Positions 43,623 to 54,721 are shown, counted from the stretch's first letter. The stretch is 64,000 nt of DNA from Blastocladiella emersonii ATCC 22665 (GCA_025594325.1 JANHCV010000002.1:62001-126000), one strand, 5' to 3'. Program-made: numbers and translations. The notes: generated by a model not told the origin, from the letters alone.

Positions 43623-44624
43623 GAGGATCACGAGGTCGAGGGGCACGTCCGTGAGGGCGACGTTGGGCGTGCGCAGCGGGGTCACGCCGAGCGCGACGAG
43701 CCCGACCGTCGCGGTCCCGACGATCCCGCCGACCACGATGGCGTACAGGACGAGCGAGATGGCGAACTTGCGCAGGATGATGAGCGGCGACTTTTCCGCG
43801 ATTTCGCGGTACGGCGAGAACTCGGGGTCCGACGGGTCGCGGATGAACCACATGACGCCTGGCCGCAGCACCTCGCGCGCGGCGCCGACCAGGTTGGCGA
43901 GGTGGAACATGCTGAGGGTGCCGATGAACCAGTGCAGAAAGTAGGCCGCAAACGGCTGCCGCGCGGCAAACGCGAGCCGCTGGTCGAGCGAGTACGGGAA
44001 CAGCGGGAACGAGAAGGCGTTGAGGAGCACGCCCGTGTACGCTGGGAACAGCATCCACTCCATGAGCGTGAACGCGACGAGCTTGACCGTCTTGGCAATG
44101 GTGCGCCCGACGGTCTTGATCACGCGCAAGCCGACGCGCGCGAGCACCGAGCGGCGCCGCGTCACGAACCAGTACGCGGCCGCGACCGAGGCGAGCGTGG
44201 CCCAGCCGAGGAGCACGACGAACGCGATGATGGGCCACTCGTCGTTGGTCAGCACGTTGGGCACGTCGAGCTCGTCGAGGATCGCGCTCACGGGCCGCGA
44301 CAGGTACACGTCGCGGTACCGCACCGGGTGGGCGGCCGCGTGCGCGTGCGCGGCGCGGAGCTGGCGGACCACGTCGGCGACGGTCGGGTGGAACCAGTCG
44401 ATGCGCGCGTGCAGGTAGTCGACGGCAAGCTGCTCGGCGACGTCGAGCGAGCGGAGCGCCGCTGACGCGACGACCATGGCGAAGTGGATCGGCCGCGTGC
44501 CGAGAACAGCGAGACCGGCCAGGTACGGGAAGTAGATGGTCGCACCGATGACGGCGATGAGCGAGGCGACGGTGATGCCGAGAGCCTGGAACAGGACACG
44601 GGGCGGGCCGACGAAGCCGAGCAG
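43623..44624 (-). repeat. 1,002-bp inverted duplicate of Doa10 coding positions 1998-2999 (gene fragment)
   Basis: Base-by-base comparison shows identity to 1998 up to about 2926, then five substitutions, all synonymous. Homology stops sharply on both sides. Confidence 0.98.
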
Positions 44625-45050
44625 GAAGACATCCAACTGGTCGCCCGCCCCACAACTCCAACTTCACTCATTGTGCACCTGCTTGTAACTTCTCAGATTT
44701 CTTCAAACGGCGAGCCGAGATACTCTTTTCAACCGTGTTCGGCGAGCTGAGATGCGTTGTGCAACCGTGCTCGGCAACGGGGCTCGAGATGTCTTACGCG
44801 ATCACCTGATTGATCATGATTGATCAACGCGTCTCAAGTTTTGCTCTGTCGCGCGACAAGGCCCCTCACGCCTCGGAGATGTCCCTACCCCCTCCCCACC
44901 TTAAACATTAAATATTGGCCTGCGTGTAACAGTTTATTTTGCCGAAGGAGATCCGTTCCCATTGCTTGCGATCGATTGGCCTATGGCCTGAAGTACCTGC
45001 ACTGCGCTCCCGAGATCGGGCTAGATAGTTAAGCAGATTCGATGTCAGGC

Positions 45051-45257
45051 GACGTGGGCCGACGTGGGCCGACGTCGAAATTGCGGTCAACGACCTCGCG
45101 CGACGTCGCACGATCTCAATCTTTGTCATGTCCGCTGTAACGACGTCAGCCTAAACTGCCCAGATCGTCATCTCCCGGTTTCCTGATGCAGCGCAAAACG
45201 CTCGTGAGGCACCCTCGCTCAGTGGTCATCTCACCTCCTATCTCACCTCCTATCTCA
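45051..45257. repeat. Short tandem repeats inside the island: (GACGTGGGCC)x2+ at 45051 and (ATCTCACCTCCT)x2+ at about 45228
   Basis: Read directly; (TGATTGATCA)x2 also occurs near 44807. Confidence 0.8.
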
Positions 45258-45520
45258 AAAGAAATGAGCGGCACGTCCGTCAACCAGAAATTGCCTGATC
45301 GCCACTTTGATCGGCTCCGGTCTGACCTCACATTGAAAACGAGTAGAGTCGCGTAAAGCTGCTAGCGCGCGTCCAGCTTGTCGGCTTTCTTCAAAGCGTT
45401 TGATCCCGTTCGTTGACCTCAACCATGTTCGACCTCATGTTCAGTTCTTTGCGACAAGATGTCATGATGTGTGCGAAGAACAGTTTACTAGTGAATGAAG
45501 ACGACGCGAGCGAGGCGGTA

Positions 45521-46691
45521 CTAGTCGACCTTGGCCATGAAGACGCGGTCCTGGCTGTAGACCTCGATGCCCTTTTCCACGTCGCGCAGCTTGGCGAGGA
45601 CCTCCTGCTGGCGGCGGTACTTCTGAACGTTGCTAGGTTGGAGGGTGATGGGGAAGCGTGAGAGCTCGAGCATGAGTTCCTTTTGGGCTACATCAAGTCG
45701 GAGCGTGTCAGTGGCGACAATGGGTGCGAGCGAAGAGGAACGCGAGGTACGCACACTGCTGCAGGTAGTGGAGCGTCGAGAGTCGCTCCTCCTCGGGAAC
45801 GGGCACGGTGCCTTCTGGCCAGGTGCTACACGACATCGCAACGGGTGAGTGAGGGGAATCGGCGACGCGATCCGCAAGTGAGCAACACGTACTCGCGCTC
45901 ATGTTGACGCTGACGCTTCTCCTCCTCGACGCGGGCCCACTCCTCCTTGCGCTGGATGAGGCTACACGGGATGAAGGTCAGCGAGCTGGTTCCGAACCGG
46001 AATTGAGTCGAGAAGCGTACTAGGCGGGGACTTGGCCAGGCTTGGTCTTGCGCTCGGTTCCAGGCGAGCCGGACCCGCTCAGCGACGAGGACGAGGCGGA
46101 GCGCGCGAGCGAGCGTGGTGGCTGCTGCTGTTGCGAGGGTTGTGGGCGGGAGGACGAAGACGAGGTAGTGGGAGGAGGGCGACGCGACGACGGCGGGGTG
46201 GGTCCGCGGCGCGTTGACTCGGCCGAGTTGCGCGGCGAGCTGGATGTCGACGAGGGGCCCTCGGGCGTCGGGGGCAGCGGCGAGTTGCTGCTCAGGTACA
46301 GGCGGCTCGGAACGTGGCTGTAGCGGTCGCTCGAGGGCACGCGTTTCTTTTGCGCGGCGTTGTGCTGGTCCTAGACGCGGAATAAGTCAGTGTGTGACGT
46401 CGGCGCAGCGCAGTGTGAAAGTGTAGCGTACCCGCTCCTTCTTCTGGCGAACCTTCTCCTGCAGGACTTTGAGCTGGCGCGCGTTGTCCTTGGCGTGGTT
46501 TTTGGGGACGCCGCCGCGCTTGGTGATCTCATCGCTTGATGAGGGGAGCGGGCGAGCGACACGTCAGCGACGAGTCACGATGCGCGGAACGGAGAGCGGC
46601 AATACCGGATGCCGCGGGTCGGGTTGAGCGCCTCGTGGATGGCCGAGGACGAGCTGTGCTTGCGACCGATGGCGGCGGCGGACTGGAGCAT
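45521..46691 (-). CDS. ENKD1: Enkurin-domain protein (ENKD1-like), 6 exons
   Basis: Spliced product: KNHAKDNARQLKVLQEK, YSHVPSRL, GQVPAYLIQRKEEW, PEGTVPVPEEERLSTLHYL, ELSRFPITL..KLRDVEKGIEVYSQDRVFM. Introns 46535-46605 (AAG acceptor), 46371-46431, 45962-46020, 45826-45892 and 45688-45754. Confidence 0.82.
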
Positions 46692-47118
46692 GATGGGTGG
46701 CGGTTACGGCAGAATCGCGAGTTCAGAGATGCATTGCATGGGGTGCGGGGTGGCGCAGTTGCGGGTCGACGGGGGCGGGGGAGGGAGCGAGGAGGCGAAA
46801 CGCGGCGCGTCGCGTCGTGCGACGGGCGGCGGCGTGACCCGCTGCTGCGAGGCAGTGTGATGTCAGCTGATGCGTGCATCGCGGCGCGTTCGTCGGTTTC
46901 AAGCGCGGCCATCACGCGTCCCGCCACGGCCCCGTTCTCATGACCTGAAAAGCCACTCGTGCGCCCTCCCCGGCCTGCTTTACGCGGCAGGTGGCACCGC
47001 CCGCGCCGACGTCACACTTGCTCGGTTGTTCGCCGCGGTCGCGGGGCACTCCTTGCAACGATTCCTTCAAGTACCCCGCCCTCCCCGCCCCCATCGAGGG
47101 CCCCACAACCAAGTCAAG

Positions 47119-47430
47119 ATGCTCCTCTCCCTCATCGACGCGATCCACGCCACCACCTCGCCGCGCCTGCAGTCGCTCCTCGGCGCGCTCCCGCTCCCGC
47201 GCATCGTCGCCGTCGAGTCGGCCGTCACGCTGCTCCGCGAGCTGTACGAGGACCTGGCCCTTGACCCCGCCGCCTCGCCCGCCGACGCTGGCCTGCTCTC
47301 TGCCGCGCCACCATCACCGTCTCCATCGCCCGCCGGATCCACCGACGACATGCTGCTCGCCCTCTACGCGACGCTCGAGGCCCGCAAGTCGGCGACGACC
47401 ACGGCTGCGGCCACGCCCGTTGCGGCCTGA
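47119..47430 (+). CDS. Small hypothetical protein (about 103 aa)
   Basis: Host-like codon usage from MLLSLIDAIH; divergent from ENKD1 and convergent with TDP1. Confidence 0.5.
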   Translation: MLLSLIDAIHATTSPRLQSLLGALPLPRIVAVESAVTLLRELYEDLALDPAASPADAGLLSAAPPSPSPSPAGSTDDMLLALYATLEARKSATTTAAATPVAA

Positions 47431-47604
47431 CCGCCCATACCCTACGCCGCCACTGCCAAGGCGTCAAGGCGGCTCCCCGTCCGTTGGGAGCCGCGCATCC
47501 TTCATCCGTTCCCTCTGCTCTGTACATTTTTGCCCACCACCCGCACCCTAGCTCCTCCTGCTGTGATACAAGTCTCGCCCATGGCGCGTATATTGCGCTT
47601 CACA

Positions 47605-49630
47605 CTACTTTTCCTCGCCGCTCTGAGTCTGAGGGTAGTCGCCCTGGATCTACCCGTCCATCGCACGGGTGCGCTCTTGTCAGTCTTCGCCTCAGCGTCT
47701 TGAGGAAGAAAGCAAGCGTACCCATGGCTCGTCGCCGTCGCCGTACTTGCGCGGCGTCTTGAACGGCACGGGGAACCGCGTCCCGAGCTCGCTGCGCGCG
47801 TGGATCGCGTACACGACCCCGAGCTCGTAGTTGTTCATGGACACCTTGCCCGCGTTGCGCCAGTACGAGCCCCACGCCGCCTTGGTGAAGTTGTGCGACC
47901 TGCCCATCGCGATTGCGTGTCAGCTTCGAGTGGGGGTGTCGCGCGCATCCGGAGCACGTACCCGGCGTAGTAGAGCCCAATCGGCTCGCCGTCCGGGATC
48001 GTGGGCGCCGACAGCGTCTGCTTGACCACCGCGTACAGGATCTAGTGACGGCGACAACAAGTCAGCCCCAGTCCACCACACGCAGAAGCCACCCGCGTGC
48101 GACCCGTACCTTGCAGTGCGACAGATACCCGTCCGTCTTGCTCTCGAGCGCGTAGAAGACCTCGCGCGGGTACCCCTGCCGCTCCCACATGTCGCGCCGG
48201 AGCCACAGGCTGCCGCCGCCCGGTGCCCCGTACACGCTGCCGAGCACCGTGGCGGCCGTCGGGAACAGCACCTTGATCTCGTCGGCCTCCTGCGAGCTGC
48301 GGCTGGCCCCGCCGCGCACCTGCTCGAGGCACTGGCGCAGGAACGCGTGGTCGAGGGCGCCGAGCGACGAGGTCGCCGCGACCACCTCGAGCGGCGGCGC
48401 GTGGTCGCGCACGACGCCGGCCCACCCGGTACGCGACGCGGCCTGGGCGAGCGCCGTGATCCCGTACCCCGACGGGTGGTCGGTCGTCAGGCACGACCCG
48501 TTGCGCGAGAAGACGAGGTGCGCGCGCCACCGCCGCGTGTCGTACTGCGCCATGAACCGGTAGACGTTGTTCGGGACTTCGAGATCGCGCAGGCACGCCG
48601 ACAGCTCCGTGAAGAAGCGGCGGTCGTTGGCCGCGGCCTCGGCGTCGGCGGGCGTCGTGGGTTTCGGGAAGTCCTGCACGTGCACCACGTTCTCCATGCC
48701 CGACCAGTCGTACGAGATGAGGTTCGCCGACCCGATGGCGACGCGCATGAAGGTCTTGTAGATGAAGACGGACAGCTTGACGTGCATGTACCCGAACCCG
48801 CCGAGATTCGGTTCTACCTTGATGACGCGCTTCGAGAGCGTTTCGGGCAGCTCAATCGGGCTCGTCTTGTTGTTGATAAAGCACAGCCGGATGTGCAGCG
48901 GCAGCTTGGGCAGCAGCCACTCGGGCTCCCACACGAACGACGACAGGATCGCCGCCTGCAGGTGGTCCTAGTGTTTGGGAGAGGGCGGTTAGCGTCGTGT
49001 TGTTGGTGCCGCTAGGAGCAGGCGTCGGGTACCTTCTCGATCAGGTCCTCGTAGCGCAACCGCCCCGCCTGGTGCGGGCCCGTCGCGGTGAGCAGGAACT
49101 GGCCGTCGAGGTACTTGATCTTGGCTGCGCATACATTCGCTTGTCAGCGATGATGCTCTGCATCGCACGGCGTCGGTGCACGTACCATCCGTCACGTTCG
49201 CCGGACTCGCGGGTGCGGGTGGTGCAGCGGCGACGACTGGCCTCGATGGAGGAACGGGCCGCGCGGACACGGGTTTTTGCGTAGCGACGGGCCGAGCAGG
49301 CTCAGGCGCGGGCTCGCCGTCATCCGTATCGCTGTCGTCGAGCACGACAACCTCGCTCGGTTGCTGCGATGACGCCGAGACGGGCCGCGCGCGCTTGGCG
49401 GGACCTGCCTCGTCGTCGTCGCTGATCGTGACGCTGTGCACGCGCTTCGCCGGCGGTGCACTTGCCGCAGGTGGTGGTGGTGGCGCAGTGCTCGGCTGCG
49501 ACGACGGCTGCGGTTGCGAGGTGCCGGCGCTCGACGACCCCGAGGACGGCGGGATCGGAACCCCGGCGGCACGCATGGCCGCGCGCGCGAGGCGCTCCTC
49601 CTCGAGTTTGCGGCGAGTCTCGCGGTCCAT
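47605..49630 (-). CDS. TDP1: Tyrosyl-DNA phosphodiesterase 1, 6 exons (introns 49125-49185, 48968-49032, 48042-48109, 47900-47961, 47650-47721)
   Basis: Two HxK motifs (GYMHVKL and LSHCKI), SANLISYDW..MENVVHVQDFP, ATSSLG, YYAGSHNFTKAAWG, NYELGV, PVPF. Confidence 0.92.
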
Positions 49631-49831
49631 GGGTTTACGTTGCGGATCAGGTAGTGGAGAGCGGGGAACGAGGGAGCGCGTCCGCGGACTCGACCGGTCC
49701 GACCGCCGTTGACTCGGTGCTTCTTCCTTCCTCGGCCAAGCTCGTTCCGTACCGTGGGTCCCGCGCTTCCCATGAGCGAGGCGAGCCCTCGGGCCCGCTT
49801 TCTCTCTCCCTCCTCACATCGAACCCTTGCA

Positions 49832-51424
49832 ATGAACGCACTCGGCACCCGCCGCACCACGAGCCCCGCCGACGGCGAGGTCCTGCCGGCCGCGGGCCAC
49901 CCGGCCGTGACGTGGGACAGCGCGGCGCACCCGCGGCTCGAGGCCCTCGAGTCGATCCGCGCCGTCGCCGATCCCGTGTGCGACGCGGCCCTCGCCGCGC
50001 TGCTGGAGTGTCGCGCAGCCGCCGCCGCCGCGAGCGGGACCGCGGCGCCCGTCCCGTTCTCGCCCAAGGACAGCCTGGCGGCGTACCTCGCCGAGGTCGC
50101 GGTGCCGCTCGCGCAGCGCATGGCCGACGAGGGGTTCGAGGAGTCGACGCTCGCGCCGGGCGACCGCGCGATCCTCGCGCTGTGGGACGAGGTCAAGGCC
50201 GCGCCGGACTGGGTCAGCTGGCCCGTGGTCGCGCGCGCCGTCGAGGTCTTCTGGAAGTACTACCCGGCCATGAACGCGACCCTTGTCATGTCGTCGCTCT
50301 TCAACCTGTACTCGATCGAGTCCATCAACCGCATCCTGGCCTCGACCGGCGGCCTCGCAAACAAGCGCATCACGACCGTCCAGCGCCGGCTGACGGAGAC
50401 CACGCAGATGATCTTCGAAGCCATGCGCGGCGCCGACGCCCTGCGCGCGGGGAACAACGGGTGGGCCGCGGTCCTCAACGTCCGCTTCCTGCACGCCATG
50501 GTCCGCCACCGCGTCGCACAGCGTGGCGAGACCGTCTACTCGGCGGCCGACCACGGCGCGCCCATCAACCAGGGCGACATGCTCGCGACCGCGCTCGTCT
50601 TCGGGCCCGTCGTCGTCCGCGGCGTCGAGCGGCTGCTCGGCGCCCCAATGCCCGCGCAGGACCAGGCCGACTACATGCACCTGTGGGGGTTCCTCACCCA
50701 CCTCCTCGGCGTGCGCCTGGACCTCAACCCCATGGCGCCCGCGCGCGCGACGGCGGCAGCAACGGCGCACGCGCGCGAGTGCGGGTGGATCGGGGCGGGC
50801 GCAACCGAGACAGCGCGCGGTCTCGACGACGAGGAGACGCCCGCCGACGCGGTCCGCCACGCGCAGCACGTGTGCGACGCGGTCCTCGTACACCTGTACC
50901 ACCCGACGCCGCTGTCGCGGGAGTTCGGGTCGCGGCTGCTCGAGGGCGGCGCGACGATGCGCACCAACCCGATGCCCGTGACGCGGCTTGCCTGGTTCGC
51001 GCACGTCCTGCTCGGCCCCGAGCACGCCGCGAAACTCGGCGCTGACCCCGTTCTGGGGTGGTGGGCGCGCGTCGACCTGTGGTACCAGCTCACCATGATG
51101 CGCGCCGTGGTCGCAGCGTGGGACGCGGTGCCCGCGCTCCGCGGGTACCTGTTCGGAATGTACAACGACATGCACAACGACGCGTTCGTCTTCTACGCGG
51201 TCGGAAAGCACCGCGCCAAGAACACGACGTACGCCGAGGTCTCGGCCGGGTTCGCGTTCCCGATGCGCGAGAACGGCGCCGAGATGGCCGTGGACAAGGA
51301 GACGGACTTGGTGCTCCAGGCCGAGATCGCGAGCCGCGCGTGGTGGGCCGCGGTGATGCGCTGGGTCGTTGCTGCCGTGGCCGTCGCGGCGGCTGCGTGG
51401 GCAGTGATGGTCGTGTACGAGTGA
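49832..51424 (+). CDS. ER-bound oxygenase MpaB'/rubber-oxygenase (Lcp/DUF2236) family protein with a C-terminal TM anchor
   Basis: DPVCDAAL, PDWVSW..VARAVEVF, RRLTET, VRFLHAMVRHRV (heme His), PINQGDMLAT, DYMHLWGFLTHLLGV. Confidence 0.8.
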   Translation: MNALGTRRTTSPADGEVLPAAGHPAVTWDSAAHPRLEALESIRAVADPVCDAALAALLECRAAAAAASGTAAPVPFSPKDSLAAYLAEVAVPLAQRMADEGFEESTLAPGDRAILALWDEVKAAPDWVSWPVVARAVEVFWKYYPAMNATLVMSSLFNLYSIESINRILASTGGLANKRITTVQRRLTETTQMIFEAMRGADALRAGNNGWAAVLNVRFLHAMVRHRVAQRGETVYSAADHGAPINQGDMLATALVFGPVVVRGVERLLGAPMPAQDQADYMHLWGFLTHLLGVRLDLNPMAPARATAAATAHARECGWIGAGATETARGLDDEETPADAVRHAQHVCDAVLVHLYHPTPLSREFGSRLLEGGATMRTNPMPVTRLAWFAHVLLGPEHAAKLGADPVLGWWARVDLWYQLTMMRAVVAAWDAVPALRGYLFGMYNDMHNDAFVFYAVGKHRAKNTTYAEVSAGFAFPMRENGAEMAVDKETDLVLQAEIASRAWWAAVMRWVVAAVAVAAAAWAVMVVYE

Positions 51425-53416
51425 TGTGGACATGATCCGAGCACGGAGCGCGCTCTTTCTTGCGCACTTGGGCGTCTTTCACACTGAATACCGACGAAGA
51501 CCACAACGAGCTTTGAGAGAGAATGACTGATATGTATTCATGCACAAGAGACTGGCCATCGCGCTTTTCGCGGCCACGATCATGGCCACCGCCGCCGTTT
51601 AAGTCCCGAGTGTCCATCCAGCTCCACGCTGTGACATGACTGTACGAGGGCTACACCCGCGTGGGCAGCGCGGGTCTTTTCACGGTGCCCGCGCGAGTGT
51701 GGCCCATCAGCGTGGCGCTGGACGGCCGGCGAGACGCGAGTTACGGCTGCGGTGCATCGCCAGAAACGCGAGGCAAGCGGATGGCCAGCTTGATGCGCGA
51801 GGATTCTCTTGACAACAAACAGAAGAAGCCGGTATAAAGGTGCTTGGAGATCCGATGTGAAGCGATCGAGAGGTTGCTGATGCTGATGACGGGCGAATAC
51901 TGTAGTTTCTGCGCCTGTTAGGCGAGGAGAGTGTGAGGAACAACAGTACACCAATCTTCCAAGCGAGAGGTAACGTACTCGAGCGACAACTTGGCCATAC
52001 GAGCGGCAAGCTGACAGCGGTCACCCGTGAGGTGGGCTGACTTCCTTGAACGCGTCAGCGACGTGCACGGGTTGCACAATTGAATGGACGGAGCGCAAGG
52101 CGCCTACCACGAGCATCATTATGTCGAGAACTCGAAACACGTTTGCGTGGGAGAAGCGTAAAAAGCACGCGGAGCTTGTGTTGAGCAGCCCACACTGTCA
52201 CACCTCGTTGTCGTTGAGGTCGGACCCGAGTAGCACCAACATCTCGGTTACGAATGTGCGCTCAAAGCTACCCGCCACACCCGAAGAGCCGGCTACGCAG
52301 GACCGAGGTTGTGAGTGTCCAGGGGTTGGATCCGCGATGGGTGCGACCGCGTACGTCTCCCTGCGTTGCCGCTACTCGGCTCAAGAGGAGTTAAACGTAT
52401 ACAGCTATGCGTTCATTCAATCGGCCTGGAGAGCGTGGATCGCTGGGCAGTCGCCTTGACGTTTTGAGCCACGCCCGGGAGTGGAGCCAAGCGCGAACGG
52501 TGTGGCGCAACGCGACCTGAAACGGGACGCGTGCGTCACCGCACGAGGGCTTGTGTGATTCGGGCCCGCGTCGCGGATCGAAGACCGAAGCAGCAACTCG
52601 CCAAGATGACCCGCTACTCGGCGCGGCAGGGCGGGGCTGAAGGTGATTTGAGTCTATGCTTGCGCGAAGCTCGCCAGTCACGACGCCGTGCAATCTCCCG
52701 TCGCGGCACGCGAAGTCACAAGTGACCGTCAAGTCAAGACATTTGCGAAAGCGAGCGAAGCTTGTATTCTACCTGAACTCATCCCGGTTGACAACAACCA
52801 CCGGGGAGCACCCGGGATCAAGAGCCACGGCCATCGCCTCCAATTCTCACGCCGCAACAATCCTGCTCCCCGAGAAGGACGTGACGGGTCCAACACTGGT
52901 GCTCCCTTTGAGGAACGGCTCAATCGCCCAGCGTGACACGAAAGCTCGTGGATGACCGTAGAATCTGGAACACAATCCTCGCCTACTCTTCACCGTCAAC
53001 ATGTTGCCAAGATCAAGAAGCAGGCCAACAGTGCTGCGGACAAGTTGTCGACCGCCTGGCGTCAAGCGCGATTGAGGCTGCTGGGCGCGTGCATAGAATC
53101 GCAATGCATAGAGTTCTACTTCATGGAGCTGCCATAGGGTCGGGAGTGGGGAACGAGAGCGGGGCAACGCGAGCGCGAAGATGACCAACGCGTCTGACCA
53201 ACGCGGACCTCTCGCTTCCGGCCATAGCGACCGCGCTCTCGCTGAAGTGTGCTCCATGATCACCATGTTCAACGCCAGAACGACCGAAAAAATGCCCAGC
53301 AACCGCGCCGACTCTCGTCGCGTTCACTTTGAGGCAGGAAAGCTTGGTTATATACACACACGATGGGAGCGCGACGCACGCTCGCTCGCTCACTCAATCT
53401 ACGTCTACGTCTGCGT

Positions 53417-54721
53417 CTACGCCGGCGACGACGACGGTTTGCCGTCATGGGCCTCCTCCTTGGCGAACCGGACATGGCTCCGCGCAGGTTCGGGCTCGAC
53501 CTCCTCGTCGATCTTGACCAGCGTGTCCGGGGCCATGCCGACGACAGTCGTCCCGTCGTCCGAGACGACGCTGGGCGAGACCGGCCCGCTCCCGCCAGCC
53601 TCGACGGCGGGTGGCGTGCCGACCGTCGACGGCTTCCGGCCGAGGAAGATGACGGACGGGTGTCTGCCCGCGACCGCGGTAGCGTCGGACACCGACGACG
53701 ACGAGACCGAGGCCGAGGCCGAGGCCGAGGACCGTGTGCGAGCGACAGAAAGCGCGCTGGCGGCGACGGGTTTCTTGGTGACGGGGTCGATGACCATGAC
53801 GGTGGTCGGGTCGTACAGCGACGAGCGGACAGACCGCGACGCGGTGGTGGTGGTGGTGCGCTGGCCCTTGGCCGTCGACTTGGACCGCACGACCGTCGAC
53901 GCGCGCGACAGCGGGGTGTCGGGGTCGCGCTGCAGCGTCGAGGGCGGCTGCGAGATGGTCGAGGGCGACCGGTTGGCGAGGTTGGGCGACGCGGGCGTAA
54001 ACGCGGTCGCGGGCTTCTCGGCGAGCGCGGCGGCCTTGAGGGCGGCGGGGTCGAGGCTGTACGGGATGGTGAAATACCATGCGAACGCGAGGCCGCCGAG
54101 CGCCGCGTCCTTGGCGAACCACAGGAGCGCCGTGGTGCCGGCCTCGGGGAAGAAGTTGGGCGGGAGCAGGGCGAGCACGAGGACCTCGGACACGAGGAGA
54201 ATGAAGACCTGGCTGAACTGGACGGTGCGGTACCAGATGCCGGTTTGGGCCGATCGCTACAGCGGAGACGACGGAGAGTAAGCGAAGCGATCACGGCGCC
54301 CATCACGCGCGCGTCGAAGTCGGCGGCCCCACGCGCACCTTTACGAGCTCGCGGTGCGCGACCCACGCGACCACCACGGCGTTGATGGCAAACAGGAGGC
54401 ACCACAGGGCGAGGACGGCCGTGGTGACGGTCGCGTCGCCGTCGTTGGTGCCCGTGATGGTGCGCGCCGTGACGGCGTCGCGGTCCCAGTCGGGCCGCGG
54501 CCGCCCGTTGGCCATGCGGCCCGACGTCGCCAGCGTCACGTAGTAGGCGTTGAGCGCGAGGTAGCCGAGCGACAGCAGCTAGATCCGTCCGCATGTCAGC
54601 CGCGTGTGATCGGGTGGTAGAAGTCGGGGGGAAGCCGCCGTGCCTCGGTCGCGGCGTAGATCAGGTACCGCCCCGGCCGCGGCTGCAGCCTGGTGGCCGG
54701 CGGATCGAGTTGCGGCGACAT
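53417..54721 (-). CDS. 4-TM membrane protein with Ser/Thr-rich tail, tandem copy A (introns 54579-54643 GC-AG, 54257-54338)
   Basis: Shares motifs and intron positions with copy B (LLSLGYL, TTAVLALWC, TGIWYRT, LLPPNFFPEAGTTAL, AFAWYFT.PYSLD, LYDP..IDPV.KKP). Confidence 0.75.

Larger units (their letters stand above)
42832..45431. mobile_element. Candidate non-autonomous gene-fragment-carrying element or insertion island
   Basis: AT-richer non-genic island bracketed by a 16/18 inverted repeat (42832-42849 and 45414-45431). It contains a tRNA, a Doa10 fragment and short tandem repeats. No TSD or transposase found. Confidence 0.3.

Noticed and set aside
45137-45331. TGTAAC...CTCACA segment as a solo LTR
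   Set aside because: No target-site duplication, no second copy, and no PBS or PPT.
52190-52215. In-frame TGA (NEV*QCG) as selenocysteine
   Set aside because: Other stops are nearby, there is no selenoprotein motif and no SECIS is visible; decay explains it better.
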